Positions 9,767 to 19,801 of a stretch of 64,000 nucleotides of DNA are shown here, one piece after another (within the stretch, counting starts at the first letter, position 1; every line of letters begins with the position of its first letter). The position numbers and the translations under genes were made by a program. This DNA is from a virus. The notes beneath the pieces were generated by a model. It was not told the DNA's origin. It made no database searches and saw only the letters and a list, made by a program, of their open reading frames with translations. Location of the stretch: positions 38,754 to 102,753 of the IMG/VR virus record IMGVR_UViG_3300042391_001456, one strand, 5' to 3'.

Positions 9767-9936
9767 TATTTCAATACCATATATTTAACACCATCTACAA
9801 TTTTGGTAACATATTTACCAGTTTCTTTTTTCTCAACATTTTTAGATGCTCTTTTAGTCGCAACTTTACCGGATTTAGATTTCTCTACTTCACCATACTT
9901 TTGTTTGATAACTTCTTTCATTGAAAATCTTTCCAT
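9766..9936 (-). CDS. small basic hypothetical protein (56 aa, not in ORF track)
   Basis: MERFSMKEVIKQKYGEV...VDGVKYMVLK; its stop overlaps the next start; TATATTTG upstream at 9969-9962. Confidence 0.6.
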   Translation of the reverse strand: MERFSMKEVIKQKYGEVEKSKSGKVATKRASKNVEKKETGKYVTKIVDGVKYMVLK

Positions 9937-9994
9937 AATTGATAATGTTTAATTGTTTCTACAAATATAATAAAACTTTTTTAATATATAATAA

Positions 9995-10753
9995 ATGATT
10001 AATGAAAATAAAATGTGGTATAAAACCATACCAGAAATTATAAATTGGTTAGATAGTAAATCAAGCTTACCATGGATCTGGATTGATACAGAGACTAGCG
10101 GACTCGGTGGTCCAAAAAAACAACAACTTACTCAAGTTTCAGCAATTTCAACTCAATATGATTTTAATTCTAATTCTTTTATTGAATTAGATACTTATGA
10201 TCAAAAAATAAAATTAACAGATGATATAAAATCTAGATATAATTCACCTGGTGATACAAGTAGAAGAATATTGAGTTTTAATCATTATGGATCAGGCCAA
10301 TATAAATGGAGAAATGAAGAAGAAGTAGTTAATGAGTTTTTTAATTGGTTGGAAAGATATGAGCCATGTTTATTTGTGGCTCAGAATGCTGGTTTTGATA
10401 TGAATATGTTATCTGGTAGATTTGAACACAAAATAACTAATGAGGTATTTGATACTAAGATGTTAATTCAATTATATTATTTACCACTTATTCAAAAATT
10501 AGCTGAGACTGATAGTAAATATAAAGATTTAATCAATTTTATTGGAACATCTAGTAGAGATAATGGACTTATTTCTTCTTCTTTATCTAAAATTGGACCA
10601 GCACTTGGCTTAAATATGAGTGGTTATCACGATGCTTTAACAGATTGTAGATTGACTATGAATATGTATTTAAAAATTGTTGATTTTCTAAAAGAAAATA
10701 AATCGGTTGATATAATGAAGTATCAAACTGATAGAATAAAAGTTATTAGATAA
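9995..10753 (+). CDS. DEDDh 3'-5' exonuclease (DnaQ-like)
   Basis: WIDTETSGL, AQNAGFD, DTK, HDALTD motifs. Confidence 0.85.
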   Translation: MINENKMWYKTIPEIINWLDSKSSLPWIWIDTETSGLGGPKKQQLTQVSAISTQYDFNSNSFIELDTYDQKIKLTDDIKSRYNSPGDTSRRILSFNHYGSGQYKWRNEEEVVNEFFNWLERYEPCLFVAQNAGFDMNMLSGRFEHKITNEVFDTKMLIQLYYLPLIQKLAETDSKYKDLINFIGTSSRDNGLISSSLSKIGPALGLNMSGYHDALTDCRLTMNMYLKIVDFLKENKSVDIMKYQTDRIKVIR

Positions 10754-10755
10754 TA

Positions 10756-11370
10756 ATGGATAATTTATTTAAAAGAGGTAGATCGTTAATTGATAAAGAT
10801 ATTGTTACTATTAAAGTGCCATTCATAAACTTTGATGGTAAAGAAGATTTTGGTTTATTACAAGTACATAAAGATATTAGTGAAGAAGTTATTAATATCT
10901 TCAATGAGATAAAGAATATTGGTTTCCCAATTTTCAAAGTTGAAACCGTTGATAATTATGATTATGATGATGAGAAATTAGCTGATGGTAATATTACATC
11001 TAGTTATAATTTTAGATTTGTTAGTGGGTCTACTAAATTAAGTGATCATTCTATTGGATTGGCAATTGATATAAATCCGATGCAGAATCCTTGGATACAC
11101 ATATCAGCATTGAATAAGTATATTTATAAACCAGGTGAAAAAGGAACAATAGAGTCTTCTTCTGAAGTGGTGAATATTTTTAAGAAGTTTGGTTGGTCTT
11201 GGGGTGGTGATTGGAAAAATCCAGATTATCAACATTTTTTTAAAGGTGGTGATATTAATAAGAATATTAAGAACAAATTATATATTGATTTGGGAATTGA
11301 TAATCCATATCAAAGTTCTAATAAGGTCTTTAATTTCAAAGACTTTATCAAAAGTGTTATCAAACGTTAA
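10756..11370 (+). CDS. M15-family peptidoglycan peptidase (endolysin-like)
   Basis: SYNFR...LSDHSIGLAIDINP...WGGDWKNPDYQHF. Confidence 0.85.
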   Translation: MDNLFKRGRSLIDKDIVTIKVPFINFDGKEDFGLLQVHKDISEEVINIFNEIKNIGFPIFKVETVDNYDYDDEKLADGNITSSYNFRFVSGSTKLSDHSIGLAIDINPMQNPWIHISALNKYIYKPGEKGTIESSSEVVNIFKKFGWSWGGDWKNPDYQHFFKGGDINKNIKNKLYIDLGIDNPYQSSNKVFNFKDFIKSVIKR

Positions 11371-11406
11371 ACTTATAGAATATCTAATATAAAATAGTTA
11401 ATCAGA

Positions 11407-11610
11407 ATGGATATAATTGGATCTAAAATAAGAGTTTTAACATATTATAAGGAGTGGAAAGATTCTAATTCTAATATAGTTGCATCACATTCTAAATATA
11501 ATGATTTAGAGGTGTTAAGTATTGAAGAAGTTAAAAAGTATGATGATTTTATTAAATATCGTTTAACAATGACGGACGGTGTTGTTTTAAATTTATTCAA
11601 AGGATATTAA
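11407..11610 (+). CDS. hypothetical protein
   Basis: 67 aa ORF. Confidence 0.5.
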   Translation: MDIIGSKIRVLTYYKEWKDSNSNIVASHSKYNDLEVLSIEEVKKYDDFIKYRLTMTDGVVLNLFKGY

Positions 11611-11709
11611 AGATAATAAAAAAAATTGAAATTAAAAACTTTTATATTAAAATTTAATATAAATACTAACTGACAACGAAGTCAGTATTAAAAACAAATA
11701 AAAAGCAAA

Positions 11710-12690
11710 ATGGCAAATGAAATGGACGATCTATTTAATGGCGGATTAGACAGTAAAATGGATTTTTTAAACGAGCAAAAAGGAAGTACTAAAAACAATG
11801 ATGGAATCTACCGAGTAGATTTATCAAAAGTTAAGGACAAAAAAAGAGGATGGAGATCTGTAGTGAGATTTTTACCTAATTTAACTAAAGAGAGTAAAGT
11901 TGGTGAATTAGCAGTTGAGAAAATTACTCACTATGTTGATATCAAAAATCCTAAAGAATTGAGTGGATGGTTTGATTCTCCAAAAAATTTCAACGAAAAA
12001 TGTGCATTAACTGATTTGTATTACACTATGCAAAACTCTAAAAATGCAGTTTTAATTGAAAAATCAAAACAATTAAAGTATTCAAAAAAGTATTATTCTT
12101 ATGTACTTGTAATTGAAGATGAGCAACAACCAGAATTAGTTGGTAAAACTATGATCTTCCAATACGGTAAAACAATTAAAGATAAAATTTCACAAGAGAA
12201 AAACGGAGAAATCTCAGGAGTTCCTTGTAATGTTTTTGATTTAGCTGAGGGTAAAGATTTCGTAATGATTGTTAAAGAAATTCAAACTGGTGATGAAAAA
12301 TACCCAGATTATAAAATGTCTACTTTTAAAAGTGATACAACTTCTTTACCAATTTATTTTAAAGACAAAGGAGCATTCAAAAACGTACCAACAACAGAAG
12401 TGGATGGTAAGTTAAGAGTTACATCTGAAGCTCAATCAAAAGTTAGAGATTTCTTGTTAGATAGAGAACATGATTTAGAAGAATTCGCACCTAAAAAGTT
12501 AAGTGATGATCAAAATGGAAAAATTACTGAGATTATTAATTTCTTAACAGGAAAATCTTCTCAAACTTTCGCTAAGACTGAGACAAAACCATCATCCGAT
12601 GATTTTGATTTTGATGATAGTTTTACACAAAAAACAACATCTACTACATCAGTAGAGGCTGAAGAAGATGATTTTTTTGGTGATTTCTAA
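11710..12690 (+). CDS. single-stranded DNA-binding protein, T4 gp32-like
   Basis: VVRFLP, YYSYVLVIED...PELVGK.MIFQYGKTI, FDLAEGKDF, YPDY, acidic aromatic C-tail. Confidence 0.88.
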   Translation: MANEMDDLFNGGLDSKMDFLNEQKGSTKNNDGIYRVDLSKVKDKKRGWRSVVRFLPNLTKESKVGELAVEKITHYVDIKNPKELSGWFDSPKNFNEKCALTDLYYTMQNSKNAVLIEKSKQLKYSKKYYSYVLVIEDEQQPELVGKTMIFQYGKTIKDKISQEKNGEISGVPCNVFDLAEGKDFVMIVKEIQTGDEKYPDYKMSTFKSDTTSLPIYFKDKGAFKNVPTTEVDGKLRVTSEAQSKVRDFLLDREHDLEEFAPKKLSDDQNGKITEIINFLTGKSSQTFAKTETKPSSDDFDFDDSFTQKTTSTTSVEAEEDDFFGDF

Positions 12691-12714
12691 TAACAATTAA
12701 AATTATAAAATTTT

Positions 12715-12745
12715 AAAACCTGACTTAAAAAGTCAGGTTTTTTTT
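12715..12745 (+). terminator. intrinsic terminator
   Basis: aaaacctgact-taaaa-agtcaggtttt followed by a T-run. Confidence 0.85.
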
Positions 12746-12836
12746 GTGCTCAATAATTTATATAAAAAATCCACTCTTTTTAAAAGAGAGCTTTTATCTA
12801 CAATATATACACTTAGATAAAAAATAAATAAATTAA

Positions 12837-14960
12837 ATGAAACCAGTTTTAATTGTAGAAAATTCGACTAATTCCTTAATTAAGGAATCTGTAGCTAAGA
12901 ACGATTATATATTAGGTGGTATTTTCACTGAATTCGGAGTTAAAAACCGTAATGAAAGAATTTACACAGCTGATAAATTTCTTCCAGCTTTACAGGAGAT
13001 GAATGAAAGAATGTCTGGATTAGGAGCCGTTTACGGTGAATTTGATCATCCAGATGTTTTTGATACTTCATTATCAAGAGCTTCTCACATAATTACAAAA
13101 GCTAATTATGTTCAGGAATCTAATCACGTTGCTGGTGAAATCAGATTATTAAGTACTTATTGGGGTAAAGAAGCTAAGGCGCTTGTCGATGACGGGTGTC
13201 CTGTTTTTGTTTCTTCTAGAGCAGCAGGTATTACTGAATCTGATGGATCAGTATCTCTTAAAAAATTATTTACTTATGATATCGTTGCTGACCCTGGATT
13301 TGCATCTGCAAAGATGAGTGTTAAGGTCTTAAATGAGTCATTAGGTTATGATAATCCACAATCTAACTTTAGGATATATGAAATGTCCGATGAGTCAAAA
13401 ATAAATGATCTATTTAACATGAATAAAAATGAATTTGTTACCAAGCAACAATTAACTGACTATTCTAAATATTTAGTTAATGAATTAGCTTCTACTAAAA
13501 AAGAAGTTAAAACTGCTATTTCTAAAGGTAATTTAACACCTAAGAAATTAGAGCAACTACTTGAGTATTATGATGAGTTAAATACTACTAATACACAAGT
13601 TGTTAAGTATTTAGATTATTTAGCTGAAAAAGTTCAAATTATGGTTAATGAGAATAAGTCTTTGAAAGAAACAACAGACAAACTTATTAAACACAATGAC
13701 TATTTAGCTGAAAATCTTGAAAAAGCTGTTAATTACTCTGAGTATTTAGCTGAAAATTTAGATAAGAATATTGCTTATTCTGAATATGTAGCTGAGAACT
13801 TAGATAAAAACATCTCTTATTCTGAGTATATCGCTGAGAACTTAGATAAAAATATTGCTTATTCTGAGTATATCGCTGAGAACTTAGATAAAAATATTGC
13901 TTATTCTGAGTATATCGCTGAGAACTTAGATAAAAATATTGCTTATTCTGAGTATATCGCTGAGAACTTAGATAAAAACATCGCTTATTCTGAGTATATC
14001 GCTGAGCACGTTGATAATAATATTGCGTATTCTGAATATTTAGCTGAGCACGTTGAGGGAAATATCGCTTATTCTGAGTATATCGCTGAGAATTTAGATG
14101 ATAACATCGCTTATTCTGAGTATATCGCTGAGAATTTAGATAAATCTATTTCTTACTCTGAAATGATTACTGAAACACTTAAGGGTGGTAAAGTATTCGA
14201 ATCATATGAAAATTTCCCAACATTACAAGATGCTGGAATTTCAGCAATTGAATCTGAAAAAGAAGAAGTTGAAGAAAGAGAAGAAGAAAGAGAAGATTTA
14301 GGTATCTCTCACATTTCAGACGAAAAAGAATATTACACAGAAGAAGAAAAAGAAGAAAATATTGAAAATTTAGAAGAAGAAAAAGAAGAAGAAGAAGATT
14401 GTACACCTGCTTATGAAGAAAAAACATTTAATGGTGATACTGATACTGAGCTGTCTTTATCTATCGATAAACTAATTGAGGAAGCTAAAAAACGTAAAGT
14501 TTCTGAAACATCAGATTTGAATTTCTTGAAATTCTTATCTAAATCACAAGTTGATAGTTTTTATGCATTAACTAATGAAGAGCAAGAAACTGTTAAACTT
14601 CACATAAACGAAAGAAGTTACTTCACAGGAAAAGAAGTTCTTACATTAATTTCTGAAGCACTATCAACTAAAAATGAAACTCTTGAAGAAAGAGTTATCA
14701 GAATGATGCCTGAAAACACTAAGGCTATCTGGAATCAGTTAAATGAATCTGCTAAAAAATCTTTCCTTTCACAGGCTAGATTATACCCAGAGGAAATGTT
14801 GATGACTGAATCACAAGTTGATCATTTCTGGGGAACTAGAAACATCAAAACAAATGAATCTGTAACTAAAAAATTAGTTTCTCATGATGCTTTAATTCAA
14901 GAAGATAAATTATCTGATAATGAAGTTAGTGCTATTATGGAAAGGTTCAAAAATATTTAA
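12837..14960 (+). CDS. prohead protease (gp21-like) fused to a scaffold/core domain
   Basis: KNRNERIY, GEFDHP, VSSRAAG, TYDIVADPGF in the N-terminal ~170 aa; long helical repeat and acidic region behind; directly upstream of the capsid gene. Confidence 0.88.
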   Translation: MKPVLIVENSTNSLIKESVAKNDYILGGIFTEFGVKNRNERIYTADKFLPALQEMNERMSGLGAVYGEFDHPDVFDTSLSRASHIITKANYVQESNHVAGEIRLLSTYWGKEAKALVDDGCPVFVSSRAAGITESDGSVSLKKLFTYDIVADPGFASAKMSVKVLNESLGYDNPQSNFRIYEMSDESKINDLFNMNKNEFVTKQQLTDYSKYLVNELASTKKEVKTAISKGNLTPKKLEQLLEYYDELNTTNTQVVKYLDYLAEKVQIMVNENKSLKETTDKLIKHNDYLAENLEKAVNYSEYLAENLDKNIAYSEYVAENLDKNISYSEYIAENLDKNIAYSEYIAENLDKNIAYSEYIAENLDKNIAYSEYIAENLDKNIAYSEYIAEHVDNNIAYSEYLAEHVEGNIAYSEYIAENLDDNIAYSEYIAENLDKSISYSEMITETLKGGKVFESYENFPTLQDAGISAIESEKEEVEEREEEREDLGISHISDEKEYYTEEEKEENIENLEEEKEEEEDCTPAYEEKTFNGDTDTELSLSIDKLIEEAKKRKVSETSDLNFLKFLSKSQVDSFYALTNEEQETVKLHINERSYFTGKEVLTLISEALSTKNETLEERVIRMMPENTKAIWNQLNESAKKSFLSQARLYPEEMLMTESQVDHFWGTRNIKTNESVTKKLVSHDALIQEDKLSDNEVSAIMERFKNI
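13734..14153 (+). repeat. 10 tandem 42-bp coding repeats (YSEYIAENLDKNIA)
   Basis: Visible at both DNA and protein level. Confidence 0.95.
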
Positions 14961-15044
14961 TCTATAAAAAATCCACACTTGAAAAAAACGAGTAAAAATA
15001 AGGAAATATATAGAAAATAAAAATAAAAAAAAATAAAATAAATT

Positions 15045-16736
15045 ATGTCACACATTAGAATAGACAATGCGAAAGCAACTAAGAAATGGGCTCCAGTTTT
15101 AGAAAACATGGGAGTAACTGGTGATAGAGTTGAATGGATGGCTGAATATGCTGAGTTTCACTCTATTAACGAAAATGCGTATGTAAACGCTGCAAACGTA
15201 GCAGGTATGGGAGCTATAACAGCTGCACAACCAGGATTATATGCTGGTACTACTACAACTGCTGCTCAAGGTACATATGGTCCTTTATCAGGTTCAGGAG
15301 ACGTAGGTCAAAACCTTTTACCAGTAGCTATGAAAATTGCTGCTCAAACAATCGGTTTAGATTTAGTAGCAGTTAAACCAACTCCAGGTCCGAAAATCGA
15401 TTTACTTTATGTAGATTTCGTTTATGATGACGTTGATCAATTACAAAACGAAAGACCACAAGTATTTAAATTAGCAAGTGTTAACGAAACTTTGGTAAAT
15501 AACTTAACTAATTTGGTTAAAGCTGAAGGTAGATTAGTAACTGGTGGTATCAGTGGTACTAGAGTTTTTGTTGGTATTACACAATCTAACGCATTTAGCG
15601 CAACTTCAGAATCTTCGTTCCCAGCAACTGGAAAAGCAGGTGTTGTTGAATTTTTAGGTTTCTCAAGAATTGATGGATATCCAATGTTTAAAGCTTATAG
15701 ACAAGCTAATACAGGTGGTCAATTTAACTACTTCTCATTTGATTCAAAATTAAATACATTTGACTCATCTAGTGCTATGTCTGCTCAGATTAAAACAATC
15801 GCTGGATATACTTTCTCAGCTGCTCCTTCAATTGAATTAGTATCTGCATTAGAAGATCATATCCCAGGTTTCTCTGCAAACTGGACAGGAGCAAAAGCAT
15901 CTGGTGATTATCCAATGGATCGTTACTCTGATGATACATCTTATTCAGGTGTTATCGGACCAAAAATCTCTTCTAAAACTATCGCAGTTGGTACTATCGA
16001 AGTATCTTCAGCTTTAAGAAGAACTGAAATCGAAGATATTAAAGCTAACACTGGTATGGATATCGTTCAAAAAATGGAATCTATCCTTGTTAATGAATTA
16101 TCTCAAACAATTTCTAAACAAATCGTTGCTAAGATTTTTGAAATGGGTGAATTAAACAGAAAAAGTAGTGCTCCTTTAAGATCAGGTGTTTCTTCTTTCG
16201 TTTCTGCTTCTGCTTCAACTATCTTTGACTTGAACACTAATTATGCGTCTACTTCAGTTTCTGGTGAAACTACTCACGCTGTTCAAAGAAAATTGATTAC
16301 TAAAATTGCACACGCTTCTAACTTCATCGCTACTGAAGGTCGTGTAGGACCAGCTCAATACATCATTACAAATGGAGGTTTAGCTGCAGCACTTCAAGAT
16401 ATCGCTGGTTATACTATTAACCCAGTTAAATCTAAATTAAACGGACAAGGTCAATTATACCCTGTAGGTTCAATCGGAGATATTTCTATCTATGTTGATC
16501 CATACATGAAGTATAATGATAACAGAATCGTTTTAGGAAGAAAAAACAACGCTGATCAACCAGGTATCATTTTCGTACCTTATTTAATGGCACAATCTAT
16601 CTCAGTTATTTCTGAAGCGACTTTCGCTCCAAGAATGTTACTAAGATCAAGATATGCAGTTGCTGAAGTTGGATGGTATCCACAAAAACAATTTATGACG
16701 ATTGTTGTTGAAGATGCAAATCAATTATTAAACTAA
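15045..16736 (+). CDS. major capsid protein, T4 gp23-like
   Basis: KKWAPVLE, LDLVAVKPTPGP, MDIVQKMESILVNEL, IYVDPY, GIIFVPY, ATFAPRMLLRSRY; codon usage typical of a highly expressed gene. Confidence 0.92.
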   Translation: MSHIRIDNAKATKKWAPVLENMGVTGDRVEWMAEYAEFHSINENAYVNAANVAGMGAITAAQPGLYAGTTTTAAQGTYGPLSGSGDVGQNLLPVAMKIAAQTIGLDLVAVKPTPGPKIDLLYVDFVYDDVDQLQNERPQVFKLASVNETLVNNLTNLVKAEGRLVTGGISGTRVFVGITQSNAFSATSESSFPATGKAGVVEFLGFSRIDGYPMFKAYRQANTGGQFNYFSFDSKLNTFDSSSAMSAQIKTIAGYTFSAAPSIELVSALEDHIPGFSANWTGAKASGDYPMDRYSDDTSYSGVIGPKISSKTIAVGTIEVSSALRRTEIEDIKANTGMDIVQKMESILVNELSQTISKQIVAKIFEMGELNRKSSAPLRSGVSSFVSASASTIFDLNTNYASTSVSGETTHAVQRKLITKIAHASNFIATEGRVGPAQYIITNGGLAAALQDIAGYTINPVKSKLNGQGQLYPVGSIGDISIYVDPYMKYNDNRIVLGRKNNADQPGIIFVPYLMAQSISVISEATFAPRMLLRSRYAVAEVGWYPQKQFMTIVVEDANQLLN

Positions 16737-16756
16737 TCATAAATAGATTATATAGA

Positions 16757-16790
16757 AAAGAGAGAACAAAAGTTCTCTCTTTTTTTTTTT
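16757..16790 (+). terminator. intrinsic terminator
   Basis: aaaagagagaac-aaaa-gttctctctttt followed by a T-run. Confidence 0.9.
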
Positions 16791-16868
16791 ATATAAATTA
16801 TTATATAACGAGTCTCTCTTTATACTCTAAATTTCTAAAAGTGATTTTATAAGTTTAATATATAAATC

Positions 16869-17204
16869 ATGAGTAATTATTTATTTGCATATGGTATGTT
16901 TAGAGATGCCGCTAGAAACCTTTTAGGAAAACCAAAACACATTGGTAGAAAAAGTGTATTAGGTACAATGTGGAGAGTAGATCCATTTTACCCAGGTGTT
17001 GTTTTAGATGATAAAAATGTAGTTTGGGGTGATTTGTATGAAATTGATACAAAAGTTCTTCCAGAATTAGATGAGTTTGAGGGAGAAGAATATTATAGAA
17101 GGATTATTAAAACTCAAGATGGTATTGAGTGTTGGATATATGAATGGATATTACCCACTACTTCATTTAAAATTATTAAAAGTGGAGATTGGTTAATTAG
17201 ATAA
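16869..17204 (+). CDS. gamma-glutamylcyclotransferase (GGCT/AIG2-like)
   Basis: LFAYG, YPGVV, VWGDLYEI, LDEFEG..Y.R, CWIY. Confidence 0.85.
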   Translation: MSNYLFAYGMFRDAARNLLGKPKHIGRKSVLGTMWRVDPFYPGVVLDDKNVVWGDLYEIDTKVLPELDEFEGEEYYRRIIKTQDGIECWIYEWILPTTSFKIIKSGDWLIR

Positions 17205-17219
17205 AAATATTTAATAAAA

Positions 17220-17837
17220 ATGATTAAAAAATATATCGAATATATTAAAGAGAATGTTACACCCAAAAGTGATGTAGCTGAGCTCAATGGAAATGGACTA
17301 GATGTTAAACACAAAACATTAATTGATATTAATAATCCTGATATGAAATATGATATTTATTGGGGTAGAAATGCAAAAACTAATGATTATTTAACAACTA
17401 ATTTTTCTGGTAAATTTGCCAGACAAATTGGTGGTAATTTACCTAGTGAAAATGATATTTGGATGCATATAACAAGTTCTTTAAATAAAGAACATTTTTA
17501 TAAGACTAAATCTGGTGATGTTTTTGAGGGAGATAAACCTGAAAGAAGAGTTGTTGGAACACATTTAATAATAAAAACTCTGAAAGATGATAAAGTTCCA
17601 GAAAATATTATCTTACAATCTGCTGATATAGTTAGAAAAAATAGTCATTTAGAAATTATCACAGAAGAAGGAAAAAAGAGAATAGTTGCTACCGACTTAG
17701 AAAATTGTGATATAGTTTTTTGTAAAAAGAATTATGTTAGTAAAAAACCAGGTAGTGTATTAGGTCAAGTTCAAGTTGAACACTCAAACGCTAGATACAT
17801 TCAATATACAAAGGGAAATATAAATATTAAAAATTAA
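17220..17837 (+). CDS. hypothetical protein with CTS-like N-terminus
   Basis: MIKKYIEYIKEN. Confidence 0.6.
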   Translation: MIKKYIEYIKENVTPKSDVAELNGNGLDVKHKTLIDINNPDMKYDIYWGRNAKTNDYLTTNFSGKFARQIGGNLPSENDIWMHITSSLNKEHFYKTKSGDVFEGDKPERRVVGTHLIIKTLKDDKVPENIILQSADIVRKNSHLEIITEEGKKRIVATDLENCDIVFCKKNYVSKKPGSVLGQVQVEHSNARYIQYTKGNINIKN

Positions 17838-17863
17838 TATATACTAAAAATAAAAATAAAAAA

Positions 17864-19699
17864 ATGGCAGAAGAAACAAATCTACCAAAAATAAAAATAT
17901 CTAAAGAATTAGCATCGGTATTACAAAAAACTGAAGACTTAGGTGATTATATCTCATTTGAAATAATTTGTATGGGTGATGATGATAGTGAGCATTTTAA
18001 TGGTTTAAAAATTACAGATGTGAATGTTTCAAAAAAAGATTTTTGTTTTGAAGTAACTACATTAGATGGTAAGAAAATGGATATGAAGTGTGGTAATTTC
18101 ATTAGATACTACTTTCATAACTATTTTACACCAAGTGATATTCAAAACTTCGTAAACCTTTATAATAAAGTTAAAAATGGTGAGTCAGTGGCTGATGAAA
18201 AAATTCCAATCAATGTTTCAAAGTTTGAATATAATCCGTTAGATCCGAGATCTACTTTTCTTTCACTTGTTACTAAAACATATCCACATGGACACGAAGA
18301 TGAAGTTCTTCAATTCTTACCACAATTGGATAAAGATATCGTTGGAAACTATTACAAAATAATTGGAGATAATCCAACAACAATGTTTACATGTCATTTA
18401 GATACTGCTGATAGAAAACAGGCTGTTACAAGACTTTATTCTATACAAGTTGATGATCAAGAACATATTGTTACCGATGGTACAACTGTATTAGGAGCTG
18501 ATGATAAATCAGGAACAACAGTTATGTTATATATGATGGCAAAAAATGTACCAGGTCTTTATTACTTCTTTATCGGAGAAGAAAGGGGTGGTATTGGATC
18601 TAGAGCTTTAGCTGATAAATATGATGAAGTTTCTTATTTAAAAAATATTAAAAGATGTGTTTCTTTTGATAGAAGAAAGACTATTTCAGTTATCACCTCA
18701 CAAGCAGGTGGTGTTTGTTGTTCTGATGAATTTGCAAATGCTCTTTGTGATGAGTATAATAAAAATGGATTAAATCTTAAACCAGACCCAACTGGAGTAT
18801 TTACTGATTCGGCTTCATTCATTGATGATATTTCAGAATGTACAAATGTTTCTGTTGGATATCTTAACGAACATACTGGTAAAGAAATTCAAAATATGGA
18901 TTATTTAATAGATTTATGTAAAGCATCTGTTAATGTTAATTGGGATTCATTACCAACTGTTAGAACTGTTCAAGATAGAGCAGCTATGAAAGAAATGATT
19001 AATAGAGTAAAATCTTCAAATAAAGAATTTGTTGATTCGTTAAAAGGTGTTAATTTGGATAAAACTATTTCCACAGATTATGGAAATGTATATGTTAATT
19101 TTGATTTAGATAATGAGTCTCTTGATAACATCATTGAAAGTTTAACAGAGTTGAGAAAGGTAATGAGATTACACAAAAAGCCAGCTTCTTGTTTATTCGA
19201 TGAAACTTATTTACAAATATTTTTAGGTAAAGAAAGTGGTCAAAAAATAACAACACTTGATATTGAAGATGATGATAAATATGAGTCTCAAAAATTAAAA
19301 AAATATGAACAATTTTTAACTGAAAAATACTGGGATGATGAAGATGGTCAAGATGAAGATGAAGAAGATAACGATAAAGAACAAGATATAGAACATCTTA
19401 AATATCTTTTAAGGCAAATGTTGACTAAAGCAGGTATTAAGAATTCTACAATAACTAATAATGGATTGAATTTAAAAATTCAAATTATTCCACCATCGTA
19501 TGGGATGATTGACTATTTTTATAAATTAGATGATATTATACACATCTATGAAACAATTAAAAAGTTTGATAAAGATATTTTAGTTGATTTTGATTTAGAG
19601 TGTGATATTTGGGAAACTAAAAAAATAGAACCTCTTTTAATTTTCAATTTCTATTCTAACCAAGATGATTATGAAGATGAATCTGGTTTACCATTTTAA
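17864..19699 (+). CDS. M20/M28-like zinc peptidase with N- and C-terminal extensions
   Basis: CHLDT, LGADDKSG, GEERG, SFDR, TDSA, GY.NEHT. Confidence 0.8.
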   Translation: MAEETNLPKIKISKELASVLQKTEDLGDYISFEIICMGDDDSEHFNGLKITDVNVSKKDFCFEVTTLDGKKMDMKCGNFIRYYFHNYFTPSDIQNFVNLYNKVKNGESVADEKIPINVSKFEYNPLDPRSTFLSLVTKTYPHGHEDEVLQFLPQLDKDIVGNYYKIIGDNPTTMFTCHLDTADRKQAVTRLYSIQVDDQEHIVTDGTTVLGADDKSGTTVMLYMMAKNVPGLYYFFIGEERGGIGSRALADKYDEVSYLKNIKRCVSFDRRKTISVITSQAGGVCCSDEFANALCDEYNKNGLNLKPDPTGVFTDSASFIDDISECTNVSVGYLNEHTGKEIQNMDYLIDLCKASVNVNWDSLPTVRTVQDRAAMKEMINRVKSSNKEFVDSLKGVNLDKTISTDYGNVYVNFDLDNESLDNIIESLTELRKVMRLHKKPASCLFDETYLQIFLGKESGQKITTLDIEDDDKYESQKLKKYEQFLTEKYWDDEDGQDEDEEDNDKEQDIEHLKYLLRQMLTKAGIKNSTITNNGLNLKIQIIPPSYGMIDYFYKLDDIIHIYETIKKFDKDILVDFDLECDIWETKKIEPLLIFNFYSNQDDYEDESGLPF

Positions 19700-19706
19700 T
19701 AAAATT

Positions 19707-19741
19707 AAATAACTCACTTTTTTAGTGAGTTATTTTTTTTT
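19707..19741 (+). terminator. intrinsic terminator
   Basis: aaataactcact-tttt-agtgagttattt followed by a T-run. Confidence 0.8.
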
Positions 19742-19747
19742 AAACTT

Positions 19748-19779
19748 TTTGTATATTTAAAATATTATATATATATTTG
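19748..19779 (+). promoter_or_regulatory. Bacteroidota sigma-A type promoter for the tmRNA
   Basis: TTTG (19748-51) + 20 nt + TATATTTG (19772-79). Confidence 0.7.
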
Positions 19780-19801
19780 TAGAAATAATTACAAAAACTA
19801 T

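Noticed and set aside
13734-14153. 42-bp repeats as a CRISPR array
   Set aside because: Contiguous in-frame coding repeats with no unique spacers and no cas genes
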